The notes under the pieces are model-generated. The model ran no database searches. It was not told the DNA's origin and saw only the letters and a list, made by a program, of their open reading frames with translations. A stretch of 62,480 nucleotides of DNA, the filler included, from Hausera hauseri (lineage: Eukaryota), in assembly GCA_046269625.1 (NCBI GenBank). It is 10 parts of 10 records of this genome, joined end to end, with 100 filler letters (N's around TTAATTAATTAA, not from the genome) between each part and the next. Parts side by side here need not be neighbours in the genome. Positions count along the whole stretch, not along the records: positions 10,419 to 15,764 come from JBJURY010274063.1; positions 15,865 to 21,909 come from JBJURY010130095.1; positions 22,010 to 29,720 come from JBJURY010907200.1; 7 more parts are not named here. The stretch is one strand, 5' to 3'. Of this stretch, positions 12,488 through 25,229 are shown one piece after another; positions within the stretch are counted from its first letter, which is position 1; each line of letters begins with the position of its first letter. Both the position numbers and the translations under genes were made by a program.

Positions 12488-12839
12488 TTCCTATATTCAG
12501 TTTCCGGAATGAATCTGATGCCCACATTGGCTAACTCAAAAAATAACTATAGTCATGTAAACACTTGAAAAATGTGTTGTTTAAATATTCGGAATTAGTA
12601 AATATGTTGAGATTTTACTTTGATTTTTGCTTTAATTCAACTTGGTGATATTTTGAACATTTTAATAAGACCAGAGGATTTTATTTTATACGAGAAAACC
12701 TCTCGAAATTATTTTGTGTCCCTACTTGGAAATCACATTCAGACTAAAATCTGATATGTAATTGAAAAGAAAACTGCTGGATTTATGTTTATGAAATATA
12801 CGTTAACAAAATCTACAGTTTCCAATATTCAACCAACAA

Positions 12840-15030
12840 TTCAAATGTCCAAAAATCTGCCTAACTTCAATGAAAATTCTCGTTCCAAAACCGAATCTTT
12901 CAGATCTTTAAGAGAAAAGCATGCATCAATCCATAATGATGACAACATGTGTTTCATGTATGCCAATCAGCAAAACATCAGCACAGCGACATACCAATAT
13001 CATGAACTCTCATCATACTATATGTATGCCAACCATATCTTCTCAGGGGTCCAGGCGCAGCAGCATATTTCATGAAACGACTTGAAGACATGGCTCATAG
13101 GATTGGAGATATGTTGCAGCAGCATAAGGCCAAATTGAGCATGTCGAAGAAGCAGGAAGAAGAATGACACAAGGCAAAAGCATGATACTTGTGCGACAAG
13201 TCGTTCACCATGGCGAATCATAAAGTCAGGGATCATTGCCTGCAACAGCTGCAATCTACGTTGCAAAACATGTACATATGTGTATGTAGTGTTGCACAAC
13301 CGCAGCGGATATGACTCCTACTTCATTGTTCGGGAATTAGGCAACATTTAGGGGAACATTGATGTGATTCGCAACAGTGAGAAATACGTGACATTTACGA
13401 AGTATGCGGGAAAAAAGCACGCTCAGCTTCGTAGACGGCTTCGCTTCATGTCGTCTTCATTTGACAGCTTAGTGAAGAACCTCCCTGCTGAAGAACTCAA
13501 GTAGACGAAGCGGTTCTTCCCCACCAAATTTGACCTTATTAAAAGGAAAGGAGTGTTTCCCTAGGACTATATAACCTCATGGAGATCACTGGATGAGACC
13601 TCATTGTTGGACAAAGATGGCTTTTACAATTACCTGTCGGACAGCCATATCACCGATGCAGACTACCAGCATGCGCAGAACGTCTCGCATGCATTCCAAT
13701 ACAGGACAATTGGGGAATACAGTGACTTATATCTCCCACGGATATACTGCAGCTGACGGATGTCTTTGAGAGCTTCATGGATGTTACAATGAAGAGCCCA
13801 ATATTAGATCCGGCTCATTTCTTTACAACTCCAGGGATGAGCTGGAAAGCAGCGTTGCAATATACCGGTATTAGGCTGCAGATCTTGAAGGATTACGACA
13901 TGATCATCATGATCGAGAGAGGCATTAGAGGCGGAATATGCCTGGCCATTCACCGGTATAGTCAGGCCAATAACAAGTATATGGCCGAATGCGACACAGC
14001 AAAGGCATCCTCGTATATTACCTACCTGGATGCCAACAACTTATATGGATGGGCAATGAGCGTCCCATTGCCGTATGATGACTTCAGGTAAGTCGAGCAT
14101 CCCGAAGACATCCCCATACTGGACCTAGATCCAAGTGGAGATACGAGCTACATACTGGAGTTGTATGTTGAATATCAACATAGCATCCACACAAGGTATG
14201 AGCAGCCGCCTTTCCTTCCAAAGAGCAAAAGGCCACTGAATGGGGAATTCGGTTACTATGCCTACTTGAAAATCGTGAAAGACTATTAGAAAGGCTATTA
14301 GAAGTGTGGTCCACATGACGAAGATCCATTAGGCCGTGCAGTTCAGCCAGTCCATGTTGTTGCAGCCATACATGGACCTTAACACAAAGTTGAGACCGAG
14401 GCTAAAACGACATTGAGAAGGACCAGTTCAAGCTGTACAACAATAGCGTTTTTGGCAAGACCATGGAGAATATCCGCAACCGGATTAAGATCGAGTTGGT
14501 GTTTGAGTGGAAGCGAGCAAAGAAGCTTATTGCCAAGCCCAACGTACATAGCAGCACCACATATATCGATAGTTTCATCTATCAGATCCATACGGAGGAC
14601 ATTTATGAGGACTTTGCTCAATTAGCTCAGCACATGGAAACGTCTGACTATCCGAAGGAGCATCCCAATTATTCAATCACCAACAAGGAGGTCTTTGGAA
14701 AATTCAAAGACGAAGTGAATTGGGCAATCATCTCGCAATTTGTGGCGCTGCGGAGCAAAATGTACGTCATCGATGTATGTGGTCAAATAAAGAAGCGGGC
14801 TAAATGGGTTCAAAGGGCGACCTTAGCCAAAATGATCACTTTTGCTGATTATGTGAGAGCTTTTAAGGAGCAGACTCACTTAATATCCGAAATGCGAAGA
14901 ATCCAGTCTAGAGATCACGAAATACAACAATAACGCTGCAAAAGAAGATCCTGGACTGGTAAGATGACAAGAGGCAGATCCTGGAAGATGGAATCCACAC
15001 AACCTCACGGGCATGCTGCATTGATGTGAA
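12840..15030 (+). pseudogene. polB: Protein-primed family B DNA polymerase (Polinton/adintovirus family 1), degenerate
   Basis: NDDNMCF, RDHC (EndoVII-like), HNRSGYDS, KRKGVFP, IERGIRGG, YLDANNLYGWAMS, NNSVFGKTMENIR, GKFKDE, DDKR. Confidence 0.92.
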
Positions 15031-15199
15031 TATGTAAATATCCTTGTTGTTATGTATTTTTACAATGTATTGTGTTGTTATACCAATAAATCTTAAAAAA
15101 TCGTTCTTGATCAAGTAATGTGGGATATAGGATAAGGCTGAGTAATTAAATACTATATAGGTCAAGTAAAACTATACAAGCATTTTCATAACACATTTA

Positions 15200-15700
15200 T
15201 TTCATAGCAACATAACTTTGACATAACGATCAACACTTTTTATATGCACAATGTGAACCATGTTCACGATAAGTACATATAATATTATTTAGTATATGTA
15301 CAAATTTGTCGCATTTGTACTTACATATTCGTAATTCTGGAAATGTACTGTTAAATATCTTCTTTCACACATCAGCATGATCTTTGACGTAGAACGTGGC
15401 CTCATGTATATCACATTGAGTCGCAATGTCTTGAATGAGGAAATCTCTGCAAAACTGGGTATTATATTCTTCCCACGTCAGTTTGTGATGATGTTGTGTC
15501 AAATAGGCATTTGTTGCTTGTGCCTTCTTTGTGCACCAATGTACTGCAGGTCTAATTAGCATACATTACACGTACCATACTGAAATTCACTTACGCAAAT
15601 ACATATTTTAGTGGATTTAACATATCCACTGGCATTATGCACAGCTCCTTTATGATGTATTCATTATTATTATCCACAAATCCCTCAAAGTCAATAAAGA
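15200..15700 (-). pseudogene. Cys-rich Polinton accessory ORF remnant convergent with polB
   Basis: Fragmented ORFs with CxxC pairs. Opposed AATAAA signals lie between this ORF and polB. Confidence 0.3.
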
Positions 15701-15939
15701 AGACAGACATTATTTCAACAAAACATTTATTAACACAACAACGTTTATAACAATTTTATGTACANNNNNNNNNNNNNNNNNNNNNNNNNNNNNNNNNNNN
15801 NNNNNNNNTTAATTAATTAANNNNNNNNNNNNNNNNNNNNNNNNNNNNNNNNNNNNNNNNNNNNATTTCATCAATCGAGTTTCCCCTTCACAGATATAAA
15901 TATGCATGCAATTTCATTTCACGTTTGTCTTATTTAAAA

Positions 15940-16374
15940 ATGTCTTTGGAAAATAACTCAGAATGTTACAGTTCCGAGTCTCTAAAAAAGCCATGGTACC
16001 GCGAATATTCGCTCAGAAATTCCCGGTTGTATAATGGATGCAACTTACATTGACGTAAGCGGTCAAAATCAAACGGATGAAATATGGTCTATTGGTGAAA
16101 AAGATGTGCCGATGAATTGGATACAATGGAAGAAACAATTAGAAAAGTTGACAGTGATTTGGTGTTGAGTAACGATATACGAGATACATCGTCGATTTTT
16201 CTTAAAGGAAATATATCAAAAATTATCAGTACACATGGCGGAGAAACAGCAGAAGCAGCAGTTTTGCCACCGGAAGGAGCTAAAGGCTACCTAACACTGA
16301 AGCTCAAAGGATTCAAGGAAAGGAGCGGCGTTACATCCTCAATATGGAAACTGGGGAAGTTTCCTATGATTTAA
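15940..16374 (+). pseudogene. Polinton accessory gene convergent with polB (possibly an OB-fold ssDNA-binding protein)
   Basis: Homologous to 58281-58774. C-terminal GYLTLKLKGFKERSGVTSSIWKL has an alternating beta-strand pattern. Confidence 0.4.
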
Positions 16375-16669
16375 CTGACTGTGTGTGTTGTGATTTTAGT
16401 TTTCCTCCGATCAATAAATAAATGTATTCGTGGTACATATTTTGTTATCGCGTGCAAAGTTATTGTTTCACTTTTATTTCTATCTTAATAATAATAGGTT
16501 AAGTAACGGAAAACAAAACACAAGACACTGAACAAAGTACATTACTAACATTAAAATAAAACAATGTACAAAAGATAATCATTGTCAATAATTGTCACAA
16601 TATCCAGACCAGATTGAATTGCCTGCATCTGATCTGATCTGATCTGACACCACCGAACTTGTTTTATTT

Positions 16670-19600
16670 CAATCTCCAATGTCCATACGTCCAACTCTTA
16701 TTTTGCCCCACCCAATTTCGCTTATCATCGTTATATGACAAAGCGACTTTCGAACTAGTTATTGTATACAGCTGGTGCTCAATTGATCGGATGATCGTTT
16801 GAGACACAACAACCACTGATTGTCCTCCTGCCGCCGCTCCTGCTTCATATATACGGCGATAATCACCGTGGTCGATTTCCGTCTATCTCAGCTGGACTCC
16901 TTTCCCCGTATTTTCAGTCCACAGTCCGTCAGAAGACTGTAACACTTTGGGCGTAGGAATATTCATTCCCAATACCGGACACGACCTTCGCTTTCATCCT
17001 TAAAGCAGGCGATTTCATTGGTGATCGCGCTGCTGTACAACAAATAATCCCGTGGGTAGTTGGACGTGTCCAGTAATCCATTTGACTGCATTTGCTGCAA
17101 TAACTATTTGCGATTGACGTTTTTCAGCCGCAGGAAAAAACTGTGTCACCGGCAATTATGACAATATTGCAGCCGCCAAACATTTACCGGTAACGTGCCA
17201 AATCGCGATACTGCAGCTCATACGTCCGCAACTTCCTCAGGTCCAATATCACTTGTCCGATATAACTTGGCCCGTCCAGAACGACTTCTTCCCTGTTTAA
17301 TAGCACCGCAACCAATCCATCGGCAATATGCATTGACCTCTGAAGTTTGACTTGTTGGTATACGTAACTATCCGCTTTTCTGAGTTACATAGGCGTACAT
17401 TGAGCCGCTTCTTCAGATTCTCCACTGCTTTTTCAAACAGGGAATTGTTTTTAAGCTTTTGATAGTCCTTTTCGAACTTTGTACAAGCTGCAGCTCGTAG
17501 CAGACGCCAATTGACCACGTAGTTCAGCTTCGGTTCATGCGTCATGAGGAGTTTCTTCACTATTGAGTCGCCGAGCGGACACTGGCTGATTGGTGCGACA
17601 GGAAATTGGTCCACAACGTCATGCAGCTCATCTGGTATCTCGAGATCGACCTCCATCAGGCATGCGACAGAGCCTGCCATGTCTGCTCGTGGTAGGTTGA
17701 CCATTAAGTCGTCTAGATCTTGTCTGTCAACTACCCATCCAAATGAACCGCACGGCAAGGGTTGCGAAAGCGCCCAGACATACTGGTTATTAATAACAAT
17801 ATACAGAAATGATGTGATATCGGTAGTACTGACCTGATGCTTGTCGACAAATGTCATGCCGCCGCGAATACCAGCATCAAAGATTCGGTACATTTCAGGG
17901 TCTTGCAGCAGCTCAATGTCTCGATCCAGTGACATTAGAGCTGATGCCCAACTAATTCCGAGTATGGAATAAAAGTTGAATGACTCCAACCTATTTTCCA
18001 CCAGCTCTGGTCCGAAATGCTTCGAATACGTCGTCTAATAAGTACACGTCCAGTTTAAGATACTGGAGCATGTAATCCAACATGTTTCTACAGCCCAGTT
18101 CTGTTCAAGATTCTTGTGCTCTCAGATATTCATCTTATGTGATACCTTCCTCTGCTTATCCGGAGTCGCTCATATGATGTTGCAAAGTCATAGAAATATG
18201 CCTTTGCTGCGTGCAATATGTACAAGGAACTGCGTCAGTGCTATCGGCACATCTGGTAAGGCATTTACCAGCTTTGCCGATGATTCATTGAGAAATTGCA
18301 ATAAATCAAGGAAGCGTAGCTAAAATCGGTTTACTCGTGCCGACAGAGATAGGTATTTCTCCATTGTCGTTGGGATTATGGACAGTTCCAAGTGTGGAAA
18401 GCCGTTAATGGCCCATTTGAGAATATGGTGACAGTCGTAACTTCGGAAATTATGAAAGATTACCGGCAGGAATGGTCGCACTCGTCTTGCTAAATTGCAT
18501 GAATTGCATGCTGCTACCAAGTATCGACCGGTGAAATGGTCGTGATCCGGTACGAGCCATTCCTGTGCATCAAACGGTATTATTTTGTGATACAGATAGC
18601 AACGGTTGATATTCGTCTATCCAAATCAATGGCTTTTTGCAATTCTGCGATACCACGGCGCGATTTCCGTTTCCACTATGGTTTCCAAATACTGCAGGAA
18701 ATCACGTAACCAGTTCCAACCCTGGAAAACGTAATACTGAGTTTGTTCGGCGGCTTTTAATGGTACTAGCAACATACCGACGGCAATTGGAACGTGCTTT
18801 TGATCGTATACATTGTGCCGTGGTAGAATTGCTTCGATATCGGCATACATCACATATGCCGGAGTGTCCATTTTAGATCAATTACTGAATCAGAGCTCCT
18901 TTTTGACTGGCATAACGTACATTGTTGTCCTTGATGCGTTTTGTCTGCATAGCGTGACATGTTTCTCCAACGTTGTTTCCGATCTGAATCCATGTAGACA
19001 TACAGAACATCATTTGCATCCTATTCGCTCTTTGATGAACTGGTCATGGTCCATATTCAGCAGTCTATCCTGATTTGTCACTGCCACGTAATGAAAATTT
19101 TTGGCCTGCTCCAACAGCAACAAATTTACCGAGCGTCCATTCGTGTTCCGACTACGATAAATTATGTCCACACGTAGGTTCTTATAAATATCTTCGTCTT
19201 CCCGTATTTCAACTATTGTGTTGTACCGAAAAACGTTGATTGACAATGTCGGATTACGCCGTTCAAAAGCCGGACTGGCTTTTAGTTTCATCGGCATTCA
19301 GCATTCATCAAATTTCAATTCGGAAAAATACTGCCGATACTGATTTGGGCGATTTGCATGATATCTGTTCACTTCTTTGTACTTCAATACAGCCAGAATA
19401 CTACAGAAAACAGTATTTGTCGTCGTCGTCAGTATTTTGTATATTCACTACCACCAGAGAATGCTTTAGGGATGCAGGTGTCAATATAAATGTCCACGTC
19501 ACTCGACTTTGTTATGATAAAGCCGAGTGTCACAATTCGCATAATTCGCCATCGACTACACTTTTAGGTATATTTGGAGATTTTCTCATCCAAATTTTCG

Positions 19601-19917
19601 CCTACATCAGCAATAAAATCTTCCGAATACGGTACGGATCGATGTGACAGGTACCATTGTTTCCTGTCACCTTCAACGTTTTCAAATTCTGCAAGTGCAG
19701 AATATTGCACTTTGCAGTAGTTGAGTTTGAATTTCTCTACCTCTAATTCCAACCGGCTGCGCACACTGGACGGAACATGTCTCAGCTGTAGTTTTGTTGT
19801 CCCCGACATATTTACTTTCATGTCCTCGTACGATTTGTTTGGATCGTACTTGACAGTAATAAAAGGTTCCGGGACAAACGTAGGCCCGTTTACTGTGCAG
19901 CGTTGTGGTGATGCCAT
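16670..19917 (-). pseudogene. polB: Protein-primed family B DNA polymerase (Polinton family 2), degenerate
   Basis: FERRNPTLSINVF, YVMYADIEA, DHDHFTGRYLVAACNSCNL, FHNFRSYDCH, AGIRGGM, KLKNNSLF, CFKDESEG, DDKR. Confidence 0.92.
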
Positions 19918-20680
19918 AGTACTGCTCCATTACACTGGCAACCATCAACGCCACGAACTCTACTACTACAGTATCGCAAGTATGTGGGGCAATGCACAAT
20001 TATCATCTTATTTGCGGGCGTAAACGGCTCAAGATGATGCTTGTGTATCGTATAAAAGTCTGGGTATGGACAAGGGGCCGAAATATTACTGCACGTTGGG
20101 CACAAATGAGTAATATTTAGCCATTTGCTGATGGCACTGCTCCTGCTCCGCATTTATGCGCGAGACGCAATACATGGGATAATTAATACACTTCTGATTG
20201 GAAAACAAAATAAAATGTTTTATATTAAGTTATAAGTACTATAAATTGAAATGACAACTTATTTGTCAGTCTTGAGAAAAAAGGTCTCATAAACAATTAT
20301 TCTAAAGGCTACAACAACAACTAAAATTATATAGAACAGTACACTAAAAGCAAGATTCAGAAACTGACCGATGACATTTTGACTGGGCATGTGTTTGGTG
20401 TTCAGTTTTTGTGAGGGCTCGCAGAAACCAGAATAATTAGCCGACGGGAATATATTGAATTAATTGTCAGATCTCTATTCATATAACGTATCAAAGATGA
20501 AATGAGACGAAAACGGTAACAATAACGGCGGATTAATTTCCTCATTAAACTTGTATTTTCTGCTTCGCTTTGTATTGTAATAAAAAAGTTTATTGACCGT
20601 ATTTAATCACATATATTATAATGCTATGTTTGTTCTCATGAATCAATATAATTTATTTGTTACATTTCAATATAAATACA

Positions 20681-21153
20681 TGGGCTTCGTTACGGTATGA
20701 CATTGCGACATGTTTCATTTAACTGAACTCATTCGTTTATATCACTTGTTCGATAGTCTCCGGAGTCACCTTTACAATCTTGATCGATCTTCACATGATG
20801 CGCGATACTGTTCGCCCGAAGATATACTTCTACTTGCTGAGCTGAATTGGAGGACACGAGAACCCTACTTACGCCATATAAAGGAGGTTGTTGGTGATAT
20901 AGAATTTTTATTATGTAAAATTTTTTGCACATTTGGAAAAATGACGAAGTTGGACGACAATAATCTTCGTAAAGTACGTCAATTTATGACCGATTTTGTC
21001 AAACGTGGTAGTAGTTAGACGGGTTACATTCCTACGTGGAAATCAGCAGATGAAATTTGATAAAAGCAATATTGCAATACGATTAATCCCGATGGTCTCG
21101 ATCATTTTCCTTCAGAATTGACTAATCCCTGTGGTTTGTGTTATCCAAATTGA
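20681..21153 (+). pseudogene. Unknown accessory ORF upstream of and divergent from polB
   Basis: The 102-aa ORF extends through stops to a terminal CGLC and is followed by AATAAA. No family recognised. Confidence 0.3.
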
Positions 21154-22851
21154 CTCGAAAGATTTAGTAGTAGTAGTAGTAATTGTACAATAAAAAAAGA
21201 ATAAAAGTTTGATGTGAACGTTTTGTTTTCTCATTACTCGGAAAGAGTTAGGTGGGAAAAGGTGTTGTTCAAAAACTAGGTCACACAAAAAAATTTTATA
21301 GGTAGGGAAATGGTACCGTCCGAAGTGGGTAAATTAAACAAAAAGAAATTTAATAATATGTTAAAATTAATACTAATGTCAAAATTATTAAAGGAAAATT
21401 AAAAATAAACTAACATTCATCTTCTGTTGTCGCAAATTTTCGAAATGACGATAAACTAAGTGCAGTGGTATTTTATATGTTATTGATGTATTTGTTAGTG
21501 TATGTCTTGGTACTACTTTACTGACAAGCACTGTTGACTTTAAAAACACTGACTCTAGAAAAAAACTACATCTAACCAAATGTCCATTATTTTGACACAC
21601 TACCCTTTACACCACTAGTAATAAAACGAATCATGAGGAAAAGTACGACATTTTCATTAGTATGAGTTTCTGCATGCACAAACACATGCTTTACGTCAAA
21701 ACTCACTATTTCGTTTTGATTACATGCATGCACATTTTTAGTCTGGCGCGTAATGCACACTTGTTTTACGTCACGCCTCACTATTGCACGTGTCAACTTG
21801 TCGTACCTGTGCTCAAGATGATAATGATGATGTAGTAGATTTTGAAAAATTTGCTGCGACTTTTAAAACATTTGCGACGACTCGCATTTTGTGATTTTGA
21901 TGACGATGANNNNNNNNNNNNNNNNNNNNNNNNNNNNNNNNNNNNNNNNNNNNTTAATTAATTAANNNNNNNNNNNNNNNNNNNNNNNNNNNNNNNNNNN
22001 NNNNNNNNNCATATTTGCAGTAGCAGAATTATACAAACATGGTAACATTTAACAAATCAATTATTATCTCACCTGAAGGATTATACCTTACTGCTTCTAT
22101 ACACGTGGAGACATCTCAAACATTGAGCAGAATTCACCGTAAGCGCACAAGTAGCTGATATACAAGAAGCGCCTTGATTTCGGATGGGAATATTTCCAAG
22201 ACAACGAAGACAGACAAGGAACATAATGTTTTAGGCCGTGGAACAGTTGAAGAGGAATAGAACCAACGCCAGTCAAACAGAGCCATCGATTAGCCACTGT
22301 ACAAAAAACGTGTGTTTCAACACACTACCGGCTCCGCATTCTCCTGAAAAAGTGCATCTGCTAGACCGGTCTACCCGACAGTGAAACATATGCCAAAGTA
22401 CATAAAAACATACTCCAATTCTTTGATGGCGGTTGGATTCTATCGAGTGCACAGCCCACTTATTTGTTTATCTCCATCCACTCAATTCGTTTTTGTGAAT
22501 TATCTCTGTGAGGAAGTACCAGATGTTGCCGGTATTTCTCGGAACAATTTCGTCATTGGATTTTTAAAATCCTCTTTATTTTGAATTAGATTTAAATTCA
22601 AATCCTTTAAAAAGAACCCAAGTACTGAAATGACTCTTAATGAACCGAGTATTCCTCCAAACAAATTAAGTTCTTCCAATACGTTAGTAAAAACTGATTG
22701 CATTAGTGTATCGAAATATGAAAACACAGTAACATCAAATATTTCCAACAGTCTAAAGATTACCCCACCTGTTACATTGTCAACTTTCTCAAATTCTTTT
22801 GTCAAGCAAGAACCAGCTAGAACAAATAGTGTTCAAAATGTTACAAAACCC

Positions 22852-23412
22852 CATGGATGTATTTATGTATTCCCTTATAATGATTGTACTGGACATTTTT
22901 CGGTTGTCAAAACATTCAAAACGGTCGGTACGCCATTTCCCATGCAGGAATTCGATGGGAAATTATTAGTAACGATCAATGCATCAGTACAACTCATCGA
23001 TTTGACGAAAGATGATTTGCATGTCATTTGTCGATACGATGAGAATATTATTGCATTGTTTCTTAAACGAAAGGATGATTTCATTCTGATCGGTGATTTG
23101 ATGAGATCTGTGACGTTATTGCGATATAAACCGAATGTTGTTCATTTTGAATTGATTGCACAACATCGGGCACCACATTGGACAACAGCCATTGAAATTA
23201 TTGATGATGACAAATTTCTTTTTGATGAAAATAAAATGAATATGTTCGTTGTCAATAGGGATTTTGATATTGCCTCTACGGCAGCTGGTGATGGGGCTAG
23301 ATCAGCTGATGTGCCGATGATGAAGGATGCGCGATTTAAAATGAGTGAATATGCATCAATGCATGTTGGACAGGTTCTCAATAAGTTTATGGCTGGAAAC
23401 ATACTCATGCAA
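22852..23412 (+). pseudogene. DDB1: DDB1 C-terminal beta-propeller fragment
   Basis: MQEFDGKLLVTINASV, NIIALFLKRKDDFILIGDLMRSVTLLRYKP, PHWTTAIEIIDDDKFL, MHVGQVLNKF. Confidence 0.9.
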
Positions 23413-25136
23413 TTTTTACTCGATGAATACTCCATCAAATTAAAAAATTCATCAAATCAAAAACAAAAACTTCAACGGAAAATTGAACAAAAACCAACCA
23501 ATTCTATTCAAGACAAAAAAGTCTTGTCGAGTAAACCGAAATTGATAAAATCCGACGTCTTTGGGAAACAGTCGAGTGTTGGCGTTTCAGAACGATTTTT
23601 CGAATTGGTTGAGCAAATTTGCGAATGGGTTGGTAGTTTGTCCGGAAAGGAATTGGTTGAACGATTGGGCGATAAATGTGGATTGATGACGGAATTATTG
23701 GTGGAAAAAAGTAAATTGTCCAAGTCCTGTAAGATTGATTCATTGAAATTTCATTCTCAAATCGAAAACCCTGTCAACGGACCAGTATTAACCAAACCGA
23801 AGTCAGTCGCAAGTGTTGACAAGTCGTCCGTATTGGATTCACCCGCGAAAATGAATGCAGCAATTCCACCGGAAGTTGACGAAAATGGAGACGTCGAATG
23901 GGAAAACGATGAATTTTTAAATTCATTCGATTTTGTCGAATTCGAAGAGACAGATCTTCATATGCTCAAAGGCAGTAACAATCCAACGAGTACTGTGAAT
24001 TTATTTAAAAATACAAAGCAGAGTGCTGATATGAATGGTGACACGTTTGTGCCAATAACTGAAAAGCAATCGAAATGTACTTCGTCAATAGAAGATTATG
24101 AGTACAATGAACATCCAAACGATGGTGAAACTGGTGAATTCTCTAAAGATTTTCCTCATACTCCGAAAATTATGCAAGCATTTCGAGATGTTTTCGGTTT
24201 AAAAGATTTCCGTCGAAATCAACGGGAAGCAATCAATTCGGCGTTGTTAAAGTTCGATACATTTGCGATAATGCCGACTGTTGGTTGGAGAAGTCTGTGT
24301 TATCAGCTACCGGGCATTGTAACCGATGGTCTCACTGTTGTTATATCAACTTTGAAATCGTTGATTCACGATTAAGTGACCAAACTTCAGAGTTTTGATA
24401 TTAATGCTCGATCAATGACGGTGAGATGTCATTTTCTGAAATAGACAATGTATTTTGTCTATTACAGTCCGTCAAAATGGATGTTAAGTTTTTCTACGTT
24501 ACTCCAGAAAACATTGCAGCATCTCAAAAGTTAATAATTACGTTCGTTTCATTATATAACCGAAATCTTCTCGATCGATTTGTAATAGATGAAACATATT
24601 GCGTCAGCCAATGGGGCCATGATTGTCGGCCAGATTATCGAAATTTAAAATGTCTACGGGAGGAATTCCCCAATGTTCCAATCATCGCATTGACTGCTAC
24701 CGCTACGAATAAAGTTCGTCAAGACATAATTGATTTGATCAATTCGAAATTCCGTGGAGAGAGTAGAATTGTTTACAGTTTGTCACGGAAGGAGTGTGAT
24801 CAAGTGGCACAGGAATCGAACAAAGCTGGTTTGAAAGCAAAATCATATCTCGCCGGTATGGTTGATGGTGCACGATTAAAAGTTCAGCAAATGTGGATAA
24901 ACGAGCAAGATTGCAAAATAGTCTGCACTACAATTACATCTGGCATGGGTACTGATAAAGCGTATGTGAGATTCGTTATCCATTATTCGATCCCGAAATC
25001 TGTCGAGGGATATAACCAGGAAACAGGTCGTGCGGGACGAGACAGACTTCCGGCTGTTTGTATGTTGTACTATTACTACCAGGATGTTACACGAATGCGG
25101 CGTACGATTGAGAGCGATCAAACCGGAAATTGCGAA
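23413..25136 (+). pseudogene. BLM: BLM-type RecQ helicase fragment, inactivated and intronless
   Basis: BDHCT-like FELVEQICEWV, FGLKDFRRNQREAIN, mutated Walker A MPTVGWRSLCYQLP, DETYCVSQWGHDCRPDY, QETGRAGRD. There is an internal deletion after motif III. Confidence 0.9.
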
Positions 25137-25227
25137 TTCCAAAAGTCAGATAGGAAGTATGTTGAAGCCATGAAATGTTATTTGAGAGCATTGAAAATGG
25201 ATAAAGACAACATTCCGATATTGCGCG
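25137..25227 (+). pseudogene. NAA15: NAA15 (NatA auxiliary subunit) TPR fragment
   Basis: QKSDRKYVEAMKCYLRALKMDKDNIPILR versus recalled [29 protein letters not shown]. Confidence 0.75.
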
Positions 25228-25229
25228 GT

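Noticed and set aside
13300-19900. Alternative genetic code explaining the many in-frame stops
   Set aside because: All three stop types occur along with frameshifts and deletions, at different positions in paralogous copies. This is ordinary decay.
21166-21180. (AGT)n as a Polinton terminus
   Set aside because: It lies between an ORF stop and its AATAAA, and no inverted partner is visible.
21690-21785. Two imperfect direct repeats TTTACGTCA...CTCACTATT with CRE-like cores
   Set aside because: Too short to assign. They may be promoter or TIR sequence but are unsupported.
22630-24375. A functional novel DDB1-RecQ fusion gene
   Set aside because: Walker A and DEAH are mutated, with an internal stop, frameshift and deletion. 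It is better explained as a cargo mosaic.
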